Source: Solirubrobacterales bacterium (GTDB lineage: Bacteria > Actinomycetota > Thermoleophilia > Solirubrobacterales > 70-9). Taken from it: a stretch of DNA of 64,000 nt. Positions 55,267 through 64,000 of this stretch are shown here, in pieces (within the stretch, counting starts at the first letter, position 1; the number at the start of each line of letters is the position of its first letter). Under the pieces are notes generated by a model. The model did no database searches. It saw nothing but the letters and a program-made list of their open reading frames with translations, and was not told where the DNA came from. The translations under genes and the position numbers were made by a program. Location of the stretch: assembly GCA_035456265.1 (NCBI GenBank), contig DATIDP010000149.1:2719-66718 (forward strand), given 5' to 3'.

Positions 55267-57113
55267 GGCGTCGTCGTGGTCGAGGTCGGAGCCGAGATTC
55301 CCACGGAGATGGTGACCGTGTCGCCGCGGCGGCCGCGGGAGCCGCCCGGCGGGAACTCGGAGATCACCCGGTTGACCTGGGCGGGGTCGGAGGTCGTCTC
55401 CTCGGTGACGGCGACGGTGAAGCCGGCCTTCTTCAGAGCGGTCACGGCGGTCTTGCGGTTCTGTCCGACCACATCGGGGACCGTGATCGCACCGATCGAG
55501 GCGAAGACCGTCACCTGCGACCCGCGCGCGACCAGCTTGCCCGCCCCGGGGCTCTGGCTGATCACCTTGCCCTCCGGCTCGGTGGAGTCGCGCTGCACGA
55601 GGACGCCGGAGAGCCCGGCTTCCTGGAGGGCCGCGAGGGCCGCCTGATCGTCGAGGCCGACCACGTTCGGGACCTCCACCTGGTTGGTGCCGCGGGAGAC
55701 CAGCAGCGTGATCACCTGGCTGGTCGAGAGCTGGGTCCCCGCCGCCGGCTCCGTGCCGATCGCCCTGCCCTTCGGCACCGAGTTCGAAAACTGGTTGCGG
55801 GTCGTCACCTTGAATCCGGCCTTTTCCAGGCGATTCGTCGCATCGGTGACGCTCAGCCCCGCGACGTCGGGAACGGCCACGATTGCCGGGCCCGAGCTGA
55901 CGCTGAGTGTGACGGTGGAGCCCTCCTCGGCCTTGCCGCCGCCCCGGTCGGTTGGGATCGGGTCCTGCTCGACCACCTGGTTCCGCGGCGCCCCGCTGGG
56001 GATGGCCTTGATGGCGACGTCGAAACCCTTGCCGTCGAGGATCTGCGTGGCGGCATCGACGTCCTGACCGATCACGTCCGGTACGGAGACGTGCGATGGG
56101 CGCGTGAGCGCGAACGCGACCAGCGCCGCGACGCCGGCGGCGAGCAGGGCCAGGACGATCCAGCGCCAGCGGCGGCTGCGGCGCTCGACCACCCACTCCT
56201 CCTCGACCACCTCGCCGTGGCGCATCTCCGTCTCGCCCTCGGGCGTGACAGCCGCGTAGGCGGCCGTGTCCTGCGGACGGGCCGTGTCCGGGGCCTTCTC
56301 GGCCGCATCGAGCGCCCTGAGGAACGCGTCCGCGTCCTTGAAGCGCGCGTCGGGATCCTTGGCGAGGGCGCGCATGACCACCGCGTCGAGAGCCGGCGGG
56401 ACGTTCGGGTTGATCGCGCTGGGCCGGCGGGGCGCCTCGGAGACCTGCTTGAGCGCCACGGCGACGGCGCTGTCGCCCTGGAACGGCACCCGCCCGGTGA
56501 GCGCCTCGTAGAGGATCACCCCTATCGAGTAGATGTCGGAGCGAGGGGTGGTCTCCCTGCCCTGCGCCTGCTCCGGCGAGATGTACTGCGCCGTCCCCAT
56601 CACCGAGCCGGTGGCCGTGATATCCGAGCTCTCGCCCGCCCGCGCGATGCCGAAGTCCGCCACCCGCGCGCGGCCCTCGTCGTCGATCAGGACGTTCTGA
56701 GGCTTCAGGTCGCGGTGAACGATCCCCTTGCGATGGGCGAACCGGGCGGCGTTCAGGATCTGGCGGGTGAAGTCGATCGCGTCCTTGGGGCTCATCCCGC
56801 CCTTGACGAGGTCCTTCAGGGAGGGGCCGTCGACGTACTCCATGGCGATGAAGTAGGTGCCGTCGAAGGCGCCGCGGTCGAAGATGCCGACCACGTTCGG
56901 ATGCTGGAGGCCGGCCGCCGCCTGGGCCTCGCGCTGGAAGCGCTGCACGAACTCGGAGTCCTGCGCGAAGTTGTCGTGCAGGATCTTGACGGCGACCTTG
57001 CGGTCGAGCTCGGTGTCCTCGGCGAGCCAGACGTCGGCCATCCCGCCGGAGCCGATCTTGCGGTCGAGCCGGTAGCGCTCGTCGACGAGCTCGCCGGTCT
57101 GCGGCTCAGCCAC
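55263..57113 (-). CDS. pknB: PASTA-domain Ser/Thr protein kinase
   Basis: Kinase motifs (GSGGMADVW, HRDLKPQN, DFGIAR), a TM, and four PASTA-like repeats (VPDVIGQ, VPDVAGL, VPNVVGL, VPDVVGQ). Confidence 0.9.
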   Translation of the reverse strand: MAEPQTGELVDERYRLDRKIGSGGMADVWLAEDTELDRKVAVKILHDNFAQDSEFVQRFQREAQAAAGLQHPNVVGIFDRGAFDGTYFIAMEYVDGPSLKDLVKGGMSPKDAIDFTRQILNAARFAHRKGIVHRDLKPQNVLIDDEGRARVADFGIARAGESSDITATGSVMGTAQYISPEQAQGRETTPRSDIYSIGVILYEALTGRVPFQGDSAVAVALKQVSEAPRRPSAINPNVPPALDAVVMRALAKDPDARFKDADAFLRALDAAEKAPDTARPQDTAAYAAVTPEGETEMRHGEVVEEEWVVERRSRRWRWIVLALLAAGVAALVAFALTRPSHVSVPDVIGQDVDAATQILDGKGFDVAIKAIPSGAPRNQVVEQDPIPTDRGGGKAEEGSTVTLSVSSGPAIVAVPDVAGLSVTDATNRLEKAGFKVTTRNQFSNSVPKGRAIGTEPAAGTQLSTSQVITLLVSRGTNQVEVPNVVGLDDQAALAALQEAGLSGVLVQRDSTEPEGKVISQSPGAGKLVARGSQVTVFASIGAITVPDVVGQNRKTAVTALKKAGFTVAVTEETTSDPAQVNRVISEFPPGGSRGRRGDTVTISVGISAPTSTTTTP

Positions 57114-58539
57114 CGGAATTCCCCTGGAGGATCGCCTCGGCCACGGCCTTGAAGATGGGTCCGCAGGTCGGCCCGCCGAAGCCGCTGGTGTGCTCGACGA
57201 CGCACGCGATCGCGATCTGCGGGTCGCTCGCCGGAGCGAAGCCGATGAACCAGGCGTCGTTGACGCCCGCTGAGATCTCCGCCGTCCCGGTCTTGCCCGC
57301 GACGTCGATGCCCGAGACGGCGGCCGCGGTACCCGTTCCCTCGCGTACCACGCTCTGCATCATCGTGTTGAGCTCCGACGCCGTGTCCTCGCTCATCACT
57401 CGACTCTGACGAGCGGGATCGAGTTTCGTCTCCCGCCCGTCGGGATCGATCACCTTCGACCAGAGCCGCGGTTCCATCAGCTCGCCCTTGTTCGCGACGG
57501 TCGCGGCGACCTCCGCCATTTGGAGGGGAGTGACCCGGAGGCGCTCCTGGCCGATCGCAACGCGCCCGATGTCGATGGCATCGCTCGGATCGAGCAGCCG
57601 GTTGCCCTCGTAGACGCCGCTCGCCGCGAGCTGGAAGCCCGGGTAGTCGAGACGCGGCTTCGCGTCGAAGCCGTAGCGGTCCATGTACTTGAACATCGTG
57701 TCCTTGCCGAGCTTCTCCCCGGCCTGCGCCCACCAGGTGTTGACCGAGTTGGTGAGCGCCGTGGTCATGTCGATCGTGCCGAACTGCTCGCCGCCCGAGT
57801 TCGACAGGGGCACCCCCTCGATCTCGATCGGGGAGCGGCCGCTGAGGGTCGAGCTGGGCGTGAACTCGCCGCTGTCCAGCGCGGCCGTCGCGGTCACCAC
57901 CTTCATCGTCGATCCGGGCGGGTAGCCCGCCTGCGTCGCTCGATTGAAGAGCGGCGCGCTCTGGTCGCGATTGAGCTGGGCGAAGTGCTTCGGGATCTGG
58001 TTCGGGTCGTACTCGGGGATGCTCACCATCGCCCTGACCTCCCCCGTCGAAGGGTCGAGGGCGACCACGGAGCCGCGGCGGCCGGCCAGCCCGTTCACCG
58101 CCGCCTCCTGCGCCGCCGGGTCGAGCGCGGACTGCACGTTGTCCCCGACCTGGGAATGTCCCTGGAGCTGGTCGAGCACCGACAGGAACTCGGTCTTGTT
58201 GCCGACCAGCTCATCGTTGTGGGAGAGCTCGAAGCCGACGCGGCCCTGCGTGACGAAGCTGTAGCCGATCGGATTGCCGAAGAGCGCGCCCCGTGGGTAC
58301 CGGCGGACGTAGACCTTGTTGTTGCCACTGCCCTGCGCGATCGACTTGGCGATCACCGTCCCATCGGAGGCGAGGATGCTGCCGCGCTTGATCTTCTGCT
58401 CCTCGAGCAGCGGGCGGCGGTTCGCCTGATTCGCCTTCAGCGAGTTCGCGTCGAAGATCGACCAGTAGGAGGTGAACCCGAAGAGAAGGGCGTAGAGGAT
58501 CAGCAGGAAGCCGAAGAGCTTGATGATCTGCCGGTTCAT
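57106..58539 (-). CDS. pbpA: penicillin-binding protein (class B transpeptidase, PbpA-type)
   Basis: N-terminal TM, STMK (SxxK) and KTGTA motifs. Sits between rodA and pknB. Confidence 0.9.
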   Translation of the reverse strand: MNRQIIKLFGFLLILYALLFGFTSYWSIFDANSLKANQANRRPLLEEQKIKRGSILASDGTVIAKSIAQGSGNNKVYVRRYPRGALFGNPIGYSFVTQGRVGFELSHNDELVGNKTEFLSVLDQLQGHSQVGDNVQSALDPAAQEAAVNGLAGRRGSVVALDPSTGEVRAMVSIPEYDPNQIPKHFAQLNRDQSAPLFNRATQAGYPPGSTMKVVTATAALDSGEFTPSSTLSGRSPIEIEGVPLSNSGGEQFGTIDMTTALTNSVNTWWAQAGEKLGKDTMFKYMDRYGFDAKPRLDYPGFQLAASGVYEGNRLLDPSDAIDIGRVAIGQERLRVTPLQMAEVAATVANKGELMEPRLWSKVIDPDGRETKLDPARQSRVMSEDTASELNTMMQSVVREGTGTAAAVSGIDVAGKTGTAEISAGVNDAWFIGFAPASDPQIAIACVVEHTSGFGGPTCGPIFKAVAEAILQGNSGG

Positions 58540-59867
58540 CAGCCCAGCCTCGTCTCGTTCTGGAGGCGCACCCGCCTTCGCGCCTTGTCGGAGATCATCA
58601 GCAGCAGGGCCAGCAGGATGAAATTGGCGACGATGGAGCTTCCCCCGTAGCTGATGAACGGCAGGGTCACCCCCGTCAGCGGGATCACCCGGGTGACGCC
58701 GCCGATGATCACGAACGCCTGCAGGGCGAAGATCGCGGTCAGCCCCGTGGCGAGCAGCTTCGAGAATCCGTCCTCGGCCAGGATCGCCGTCTTGAAGCCG
58801 CGCTCGGCGATCAGCGCGTAGATCAGGACCACCGCGGCACCCCCGAAGAGGCCGAGCTCATTGACGATCACTGCGTAGATGAAGTCCGTGTGCGGCGCGG
58901 GCAGGATCGCGCAGCGGTCCGGGAACCCGTGGTTGCAGCCGGGCAGCTGGACGAGGGACTCACCCAGCCCCCTGCCGAACAGCCCTCCGTCCGCCTGGGC
59001 GAAGATCGATTGCGAGAGCTGATAGCCGGACCCGCCTGCATCGTGGAAGGGGTCGAGCCAGATGTCGAAGCGGTCCTGGATGTGCGCCGCGGTCTGGGCG
59101 AAGAACCAGGCTCCGACCGCGAACATCAGCAGGCCGATGATCACGAACGAGAGCCGCCCCGTCGCGACGTAGATGAGCGCGAGGAAGGCGCCGAAGAACA
59201 TCACCGAGCTGCCCAGGTCGCGGATGAAGACGAGCAGGACCATCGCCGCGCCCCAGACGACCAGCAGCGGCCCGAGGTGCTTGAGCGGTGGCAGGACGAG
59301 CCCGAAGACGTTGCGAGCGCCCACGACCAGAACCTCCCGATGCTCGTTCAGGTAGCTCGCCAGGAAGACGACGATGCAGATCTTGGCCAGCTCCGTCGGC
59401 TGGAAGGTGATCGGCCCGAGATCGACGGCCAGGAACGCGTCGTTGGTCGCGTGCCCCAGGAAACGGGGCATGATCAGCAGCACGATCCCAGCGAGCGCGA
59501 TCAGGTACCGATAGCGCTCGAGCGCGTCGTACTCGCGCAGGAAGATGATCGTCGCCGAGAAGAGGATCAGCCCGAGGACGAACCAGTTGGCCTGGTCGCG
59601 CGCCAGGCCCTCGTCGAGGCGAAACAGCATCACCATCCCGAAGGCGGCGAGCAGCGCGACGAGGGGGAAGAGGTAGGGGTCGGCGTCGGGAAGCCTGATC
59701 CGGACGACGATGTGGACGGCGACGCAGAGCGCGAGGAAATAGCCGCCGTAGAGGACGCTCAGGTTGCCGAGCTGATCCGAGTTGGTGATCAGCACGGCCG
59801 TGAACCCGGCCGTGACCAGCAGGGCGACCGGGACCAGGGCGAAGAGCTCGCGGGTGCGCGTGCTCAA
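58539..59867 (-). CDS. rodA: SEDS-family peptidoglycan glycosyltransferase (RodA/FtsW)
   Basis: QPTELAKI, PHTDFIYAVI and GVTLPFISYGGSS motifs. TTG 59867 forms a TTGA overlap with the pstP stop. The upstream part of track ORF 58539..60257 is a shadow. Confidence 0.9.
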   Translation of the reverse strand: MSTRTRELFALVPVALLVTAGFTAVLITNSDQLGNLSVLYGGYFLALCVAVHIVVRIRLPDADPYLFPLVALLAAFGMVMLFRLDEGLARDQANWFVLGLILFSATIIFLREYDALERYRYLIALAGIVLLIMPRFLGHATNDAFLAVDLGPITFQPTELAKICIVVFLASYLNEHREVLVVGARNVFGLVLPPLKHLGPLLVVWGAAMVLLVFIRDLGSSVMFFGAFLALIYVATGRLSFVIIGLLMFAVGAWFFAQTAAHIQDRFDIWLDPFHDAGGSGYQLSQSIFAQADGGLFGRGLGESLVQLPGCNHGFPDRCAILPAPHTDFIYAVIVNELGLFGGAAVVLIYALIAERGFKTAILAEDGFSKLLATGLTAIFALQAFVIIGGVTRVIPLTGVTLPFISYGGSSIVANFILLALLLMISDKARRRVRLQNETRLG

Positions 59868-61123
59868 CGGGCCTGCTTGCCCTCGGAGGCCCCGGTCTTC
59901 TTCTTCTTCTGCTGCTGTGCCTGCTGCTTGGCCGCCCGCTGCGCGGCCTGGGCTGCAGCCGCGCGCTGAGCCGCACCCTCCCTCTGATTGATGTCGTTGA
60001 TGAAGCTCGTCGCGTCGTCCTTGCTCCGCAGCTCGTGGCCGGTGACCGCCTTCTGGCGCTCCTCGGACAGCGTCCCCTCCTGGACCGGGATCGCGTACTG
60101 CTTGGAATAGAGGCTGACGCCGAGTGGCAGCTCGTAGGGCAGGCCCCTGTAGACGGCCACGTTGCCCTGATCGTCGGTGCCGAGGAAGTAGATCGAGCGG
60201 GCGAAGAGCACCGCTCCGAGGACGACAGCCGCGATCACCACCAGCCCGGCGGCCCACTTGAGCGCGCGCCGGCGCCGCGACGGAGTCGGCATCGTGCCCT
60301 GGCCGCGGAGCCGGTCGGTCGCCGCGCGCATGCGCTCGCCGGTGAGCCCCGCCTGCTCCGCGGTGCGTGAGATCAGCGTCGCCCCCTCCTCGGTCTCCCT
60401 GGCGTCGGCATCGGCCAGCCGGAAGGCCACCGCGGTGATGTTGTCCCGGCCGCCCCCGTGGTTCGCCGCGTCGACGAGCCGGTTGACGGCGCTTCTCAGG
60501 CTCCTCGCGTTGACGAGGATGTCCCGGATCTGGTCATCCGGGACCATCGTGGTGAGACCGTCGCTGCAGAGCAGGAAGACGTCGCCGTCGCGCGCCGGGA
60601 AGGTCATGGTGTCGACGTTCACGCTCGGCTCCGGCCCCAGGGCGCGCGTGATGATCGAGCGCTGCGGATGCTCCTCCGCCTGTTCCTCGGTGAGCCTGCC
60701 CTGGCGGCGGAGCTCCTCGACGAGCGAGTGGTCCTTCGTCAGGCGCTTGAGCTGGCCGTCGCGCAGGAGGTAGGCCCGGCTGTCGCCGACATGGCCGAAC
60801 GCCACCTCGTCGTTCCTGACCATCGCTGCGGTCAGCGTGGTCCCCATCCCGGCGCGGGAGGAGTCCTCCTGGGCGAGCCTGTGGATCCTTCGGTTTGCCT
60901 GCTGGGCGATCTCCTCGAGCTGTCCCTCGGCGGAGGCGTCGTCGTTCCGCGGTCTCCTCTCGAAGGCGCCGGCCGCGATCCGTGACGCCACCTCGCCGGC
61001 CTGCGCGCCACCCATCCCGTCGGCCACGGCGAAGAGCGGCGCCTTCGCGTAATAGGAATCCTCGTTGGCCTGCCGCTGGCGCCCGGTGTCAGTCTTGTGT
61101 GCCTCCTCGGCGACTCTCAGCAT
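59864..61123 (-). CDS. pstP: PP2C-family Ser/Thr phosphatase with TM and extracytoplasmic tail
   Basis: FAVADGMGGAQAGEVAS, LLCSDGLT, GGRDNITAV, then TM ALKWAAGLVVIAAVVLGAVLF. Confidence 0.9.
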   Translation of the reverse strand: MLRVAEEAHKTDTGRQRQANEDSYYAKAPLFAVADGMGGAQAGEVASRIAAGAFERRPRNDDASAEGQLEEIAQQANRRIHRLAQEDSSRAGMGTTLTAAMVRNDEVAFGHVGDSRAYLLRDGQLKRLTKDHSLVEELRRQGRLTEEQAEEHPQRSIITRALGPEPSVNVDTMTFPARDGDVFLLCSDGLTTMVPDDQIRDILVNARSLRSAVNRLVDAANHGGGRDNITAVAFRLADADARETEEGATLISRTAEQAGLTGERMRAATDRLRGQGTMPTPSRRRRALKWAAGLVVIAAVVLGAVLFARSIYFLGTDDQGNVAVYRGLPYELPLGVSLYSKQYAIPVQEGTLSEERQKAVTGHELRSKDDATSFINDINQREGAAQRAAAAQAAQRAAKQQAQQQKKKKTGASEGKQAR

Positions 61124-61593
61124 CAGGACACCTCGAAGCGGAACTCCGTGTCCCCGATCCGGATCAGGTCGCCGGGCGTGAGCTCGGCCTCGCCGTGGAG
61201 CTCTCGCGAGTTGAGGAGCGTGCCGTTGGTCGAGTTCATGTCCTCGACGAAATATGCCCCGGAACGGTTGAAGACGCGTGCGTGGACCCCGGAGGCATAG
61301 CGGTCGTCGAGGCGGATGTCCGCGTCGGCCGACCGCCCGAGCGAGACGCCGCCGAACAGGTCGAAGTGCTCTCCCTTGTTGAGGCCGCCGCCCTCCTCCA
61401 CCACCAGGAATGCATCCGTCCCCGCCGGCTCGACTCCGCCCGCGACCTCGTGGTAGCCCGTCTCGAACCCGGGCGTGGCCGTTCCGCGGAGGTCCCTCAG
61501 GGAGCTGCGGGTGACCCAGAGCAGGAAGAGGAAGAGCACGGCAAGGAAACCGAACTTGAGCGCAACCGCAAGCGGCTCGAGATCGCTATTCAC
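61123..61593 (-). CDS. fhaB: FHA-domain membrane protein (FhaB/FipA-like)
   Basis: N-terminal TM plus a C-terminal FHA domain (LGRSADADIRLDDRYASGVHARV...STNGTLLN). Confidence 0.85.
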   Translation of the reverse strand: MNSDLEPLAVALKFGFLAVLFLFLLWVTRSSLRDLRGTATPGFETGYHEVAGGVEPAGTDAFLVVEEGGGLNKGEHFDLFGGVSLGRSADADIRLDDRYASGVHARVFNRSGAYFVEDMNSTNGTLLNSRELHGEAELTPGDLIRIGDTEFRFEVS

Positions 61594-62417
61594 TGCTCGA
61601 TGTCGAAAGCGAAGACCTTGGTTCCGAGAGTGATCTCGTCGCCCGGAGAGAGTCGGGCGTTCGCCACCCGGCGGCCGTTGACCTTGACCCCATTGGTCGA
61701 GTTGAGGTCGACGATCTGCCAGTCCCCCACGTTCGAGCGGCGCAGCTCGGCGTGGCGTCGCGAGATGTTCGGATCGTCGATCACGCAGTCGTTCTCCTTG
61801 GAGCGGCCGAGGGTCGCCGTGGGACCGTCGAGGACGTAACGGCGGTCATCCACGGAGACGATCGCCCGGGTCTCCGAGAAGGCGGCGTCCGGACGGCGCT
61901 TCGAGCGCGCCTTCTGTGCCTGGGTCGCCGAGTAGACCATCGTGTGCCCGTGCTCGCCCTGCTCCGGCTCCGCGCCCTGTCTCTGCGGCGGCCGGACCAG
62001 GCGGGTCTGGATCCCGAACTCGCCCAGCCGCAGGCGCTCGTCCTGGTCGAGGTGGACCACGGGTCGCGTGAGCAGGTCGTAGTCGTGGTGGCGGGCGTGC
62101 TCGAGGAGATGCCCGCTGAGCTCCTGGGCGAGCGAGGACTCGTAGTCCTTGAAGCGCTCGTAGTCATCCGGGCAGAGCCAGACGGTGTACTCGTTCGGCA
62201 CGTAGACCCGCTGGACCGACGCCGTCTTGTGGGCGTCCATCTCCTTCGCGAGCTTGCGCGCGATCTCCACCGGCTGCACGCCGGAGCTGAAGGCGCGGCT
62301 GAAGACGCCTTCTACGAGGCCCTCTATCCGGGCTTCGAGGTTGCGCAGAACGCTGATCGGAAACTCCTCGGGTCGGGTTGGCGGCGTCCTGTTGACGGAT
62401 TGCCCCTGGCGGCGCAC
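61590..62417 (-). CDS. fhaA: FhaA-like protein (DUF3662 N-terminal domain plus C-terminal FHA)
   Basis: VLRNLEARIEGLVEGVFSRAF N-terminal domain and C-terminal FHA (LGRSKENDCVIDDPNISRRHAEL...STNGVKVNG). GTG 62417 is the nearest in-frame start. The rest of track ORF 61590..63551 is an Arg-rich shadow over the next gene. Confidence 0.75.
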   Translation of the reverse strand: MRRQGQSVNRTPPTRPEEFPISVLRNLEARIEGLVEGVFSRAFSSGVQPVEIARKLAKEMDAHKTASVQRVYVPNEYTVWLCPDDYERFKDYESSLAQELSGHLLEHARHHDYDLLTRPVVHLDQDERLRLGEFGIQTRLVRPPQRQGAEPEQGEHGHTMVYSATQAQKARSKRRPDAAFSETRAIVSVDDRRYVLDGPTATLGRSKENDCVIDDPNISRRHAELRRSNVGDWQIVDLNSTNGVKVNGRRVANARLSPGDEITLGTKVFAFDIEQ

Positions 62418-62452
62418 CTCGCGTCGCCGACGCGAAATGCTAGTGGGGTTCG

Positions 62453-64000
62453 CTACGCGAGCGCGTCGGAGCCGCGCTCCTCGAAGCCTCCCTCTTGATA
62501 GGCGTCCGAAGCGCCCAGGCGATAGGGCTCCGACGGGCCGAGGCGTCGCGTCAGCAGGGCGGCGAGCACGGCCGCCAGCAGAGCGGCGAAGAGCAGCCCA
62601 GGCGGGCTGGAGCCGCCGTCCACCAGGCGCAGCGCCGAGATCAACCCGGCTGCCCAGACCAGGGCGCCGAGCGCATCGAGCAGCGGCGCGCGATCGCGAA
62701 TCAGCAACGGCAGCGCCCACGCCGCGAGGGCGAAGATGCCCGCGCCGGCCAGGACCGAGCCATCGACCAGTGGGGCGACCACGTCGGACAGGGCCGTGCC
62801 GGCGGACCCCGTCCAGTGAGCCGGCGGGTCGGCGACGGGCCCCAGCAGCAGGGTGCGATGGGCCAGCTCCTCCCACGCCGCGAGCCAGAGGTAGCCGATG
62901 CCTCCGAGGAGCGCTCTGCCCGCGGCGCCTCGGGTGAGCCCCGCGAGAGCCGGATACACCGGTCCGAGCCCGGCCAGGCCGAGGAGGGGTGCGAGGCCGG
63001 GCAGGGCGATCGCCTCGGGCTGGATCGCGGCCAGAAGCAGCGGGGAGCCGAGCGCGGCGATCAGGGCTGCGATCCCCGGCTCGCCGGCGCCGATCACGAC
63101 CCAGATCAGAACGAGGGCGAGCTGAAGCGCGTACGCCGGACGGGGGCGACCGAGGGCGAGAACGCCGGGGAGCAGCGCGGCGAGGGCCACCGGAGCCGGG
63201 GCGCCGGTGGCGATCAGGGCGGCGAGGCCGAGGGCCGCAACGCCGGCACCCGGCAGGAATCGGGCGCGGTCCGGCCGGTGCCTCGGCTCGAGGAAGGCCT
63301 CGCCATCGATCCCGGCGATCGGCGGGAGGGGGTCGCCGTCGAGCCGGGAGACGTGGGCGCTGAGCGCCGCGCCGAGCTCGGAGGAGAGAGGGCGCTCCTC
63401 GGGATCCGGGTCCAGAGCGGCGTCGATCGCCTCGGTCATCGCCTCGGGCAGCTCCGGTCGGACCGCACCGAGCGGCGCGATCGGCTCTCCGATCGCTCGT
63501 GCCGTGGCGGCCGGCCCCTCTCGCAGCAGTGGGTGCTCCCCGCAGAAGCACTCGTACAGCGTCAGGGCGAGCGAGTAGACGTCAGCGGCCGGCCCTGGCC
63601 GGAGGCCGTCGGCCTGCTCCGGCGCCATGTAGGCGAGGGTGCCCACGACCGCGCCGGTGGCGGTCAGCGTCTTCTCACCCGCGATGCGGGCGATGCCGAA
63701 GTCGACGAGCTTCGCCTGCACGGAATCAGACGGGTCGCGCTGACGCCCGCCCTCGCACACAACGAGGATGTTCTCGGGCTTGACGTCACGGTGGACGACC
63801 CCGGCGCGGTGCGCAGCGGTCAGGGCTGCCGCGGCGTCGGCGCCGACCTGTGCCACGAGGCGATCGTTGAGGTCGCCGCGGCGCCCGAGCGCCCGCAGGG
63901 TCTCGCCCTCGATCAGCTCGGAGACGAGGAGGGCGCGCTCGCCGTCGGAGGCGAGCTCGTAGAGGGTCGCGATGTTGCGGTGCGCGAGGCGCGCGACCGC
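62453..64000 (-). CDS. Ser/Thr protein kinase fused to a polytopic membrane C-terminal domain; N-terminus outside window
   Basis: The frame is open to the window edge. HRDVKPENI, DFGIAR and MAPEQ, followed by about 7-8 hydrophobic helices. Confidence 0.8.
   Translation of the reverse strand, partial: AVARLAHRNIATLYELASDGERALLVSELIEGETLRALGRRGDLNDRLVAQVGADAAAALTAAHRAGVVHRDVKPENILVVCEGGRQRDPSDSVQAKLVDFGIARIAGEKTLTATGAVVGTLAYMAPEQADGLRPGPAADVYSLALTLYECFCGEHPLLREGPAATARAIGEPIAPLGAVRPELPEAMTEAIDAALDPDPEERPLSSELGAALSAHVSRLDGDPLPPIAGIDGEAFLEPRHRPDRARFLPGAGVAALGLAALIATGAPAPVALAALLPGVLALGRPRPAYALQLALVLIWVVIGAGEPGIAALIAALGSPLLLAAIQPEAIALPGLAPLLGLAGLGPVYPALAGLTRGAAGRALLGGIGYLWLAAWEELAHRTLLLGPVADPPAHWTGSAGTALSDVVAPLVDGSVLAGAGIFALAAWALPLLIRDRAPLLDALGALVWAAGLISALRLVDGGSSPPGLLFAALLAAVLAALLTRRLGPSEPYRLGASDAYQEGGFEERGSDALA

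Noticed and set aside
55267-56196. Upstream part of the 631-aa track ORF 54301..56196.
   Set aside because: It is a shadow over the pknB PASTA region. Ddl begins at MRVAVLGGG (ATG 55266), with an ATGA overlap on the pknB stop.
59868-60257. Upstream part of the 572-aa track ORF 58539..60257.
   Set aside because: It overlaps the pstP C-terminus in another frame. The RodA TM core starts after TTG 59867 (TTGA junction).
62418-63551. N-terminal 378 aa of the 653-aa track ORF 61590..63551.
   Set aside because: Arg/Pro-rich and overlaps the upstream kinase gene in another frame on the same strand. The FhaA-like sequence begins just after GTG 62417.
1-64000. Mobile elements, prophage, CRISPR arrays, toxin-antitoxin or known defence systems anywhere in the window.
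   Set aside because: I recognised no transposase, integrase, recombinase, Cas, restriction, phage structural or TA-like ORFs, and no spacer-containing repeat array. Composition looks uniform throughout. Absence is judged by eye only.

Overview
High-GC (about 70% by eye) chromosomal segment. Gene content looks Actinomycetota-like: an fhaA-fhaB-pstP-rodA-pbpA-pknB cluster, a PASTA kinase and G3:U70 tRNA-Ala genes. The window is almost entirely coding, and neighbouring genes are often joined by TGATG/ATGA/GTGA stop-start overlaps. It falls into four blocks. (1) 1-12.5 kb holds lipoate-dependent 2-oxoacid dehydrogenase genes: an E3 fragment, two complete E1alpha/E1beta/E2 sets, leucine dehydrogenase, lipB and lipA. 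(2) 12.6-33.5 kb mixes envelope, nitrogen and housekeeping genes: a PG-binding protein, rhomboid, DD-carboxypeptidase, gdh, a GGDEF protein, amt-glnK, metF and a PGRP-type amidase, plus tRNA-Ala(UGC) and tRNA-Ala(CGC). (3) 33.5-50.9 kb is a Wzx/Wzy-type glycan locus: a priming transferase, six GT-fold genes, a flippase, a polymerase-like protein, a CapD dehydratase, two acyltransferases and a PhyH dioxygenase, followed by dedA-uppP-purM. (4) 52.8-64 kb holds three Ser/Thr kinases and the FHA/PP2C/RodA/PBP operon ending in ddl. I saw no transposase, integrase, CRISPR array, prophage or recognisable defence system, and I cannot point to a clear-cut novel system. The most unusual items are a (CGCT)7.75 microsatellite at the stop/start junction of the priming transferase and a GNAT gene, an alpha/beta hydrolase CDS with no canonical start that abuts a tRNA 3-prime end, the tailoring genes inside the glycan locus, and a hyper-acidic disordered protein. 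Many long ORFs in the track are antisense or alternate-frame shadows typical of high-GC DNA and were not called. All family assignments come from motif recognition by eye, not from searches.
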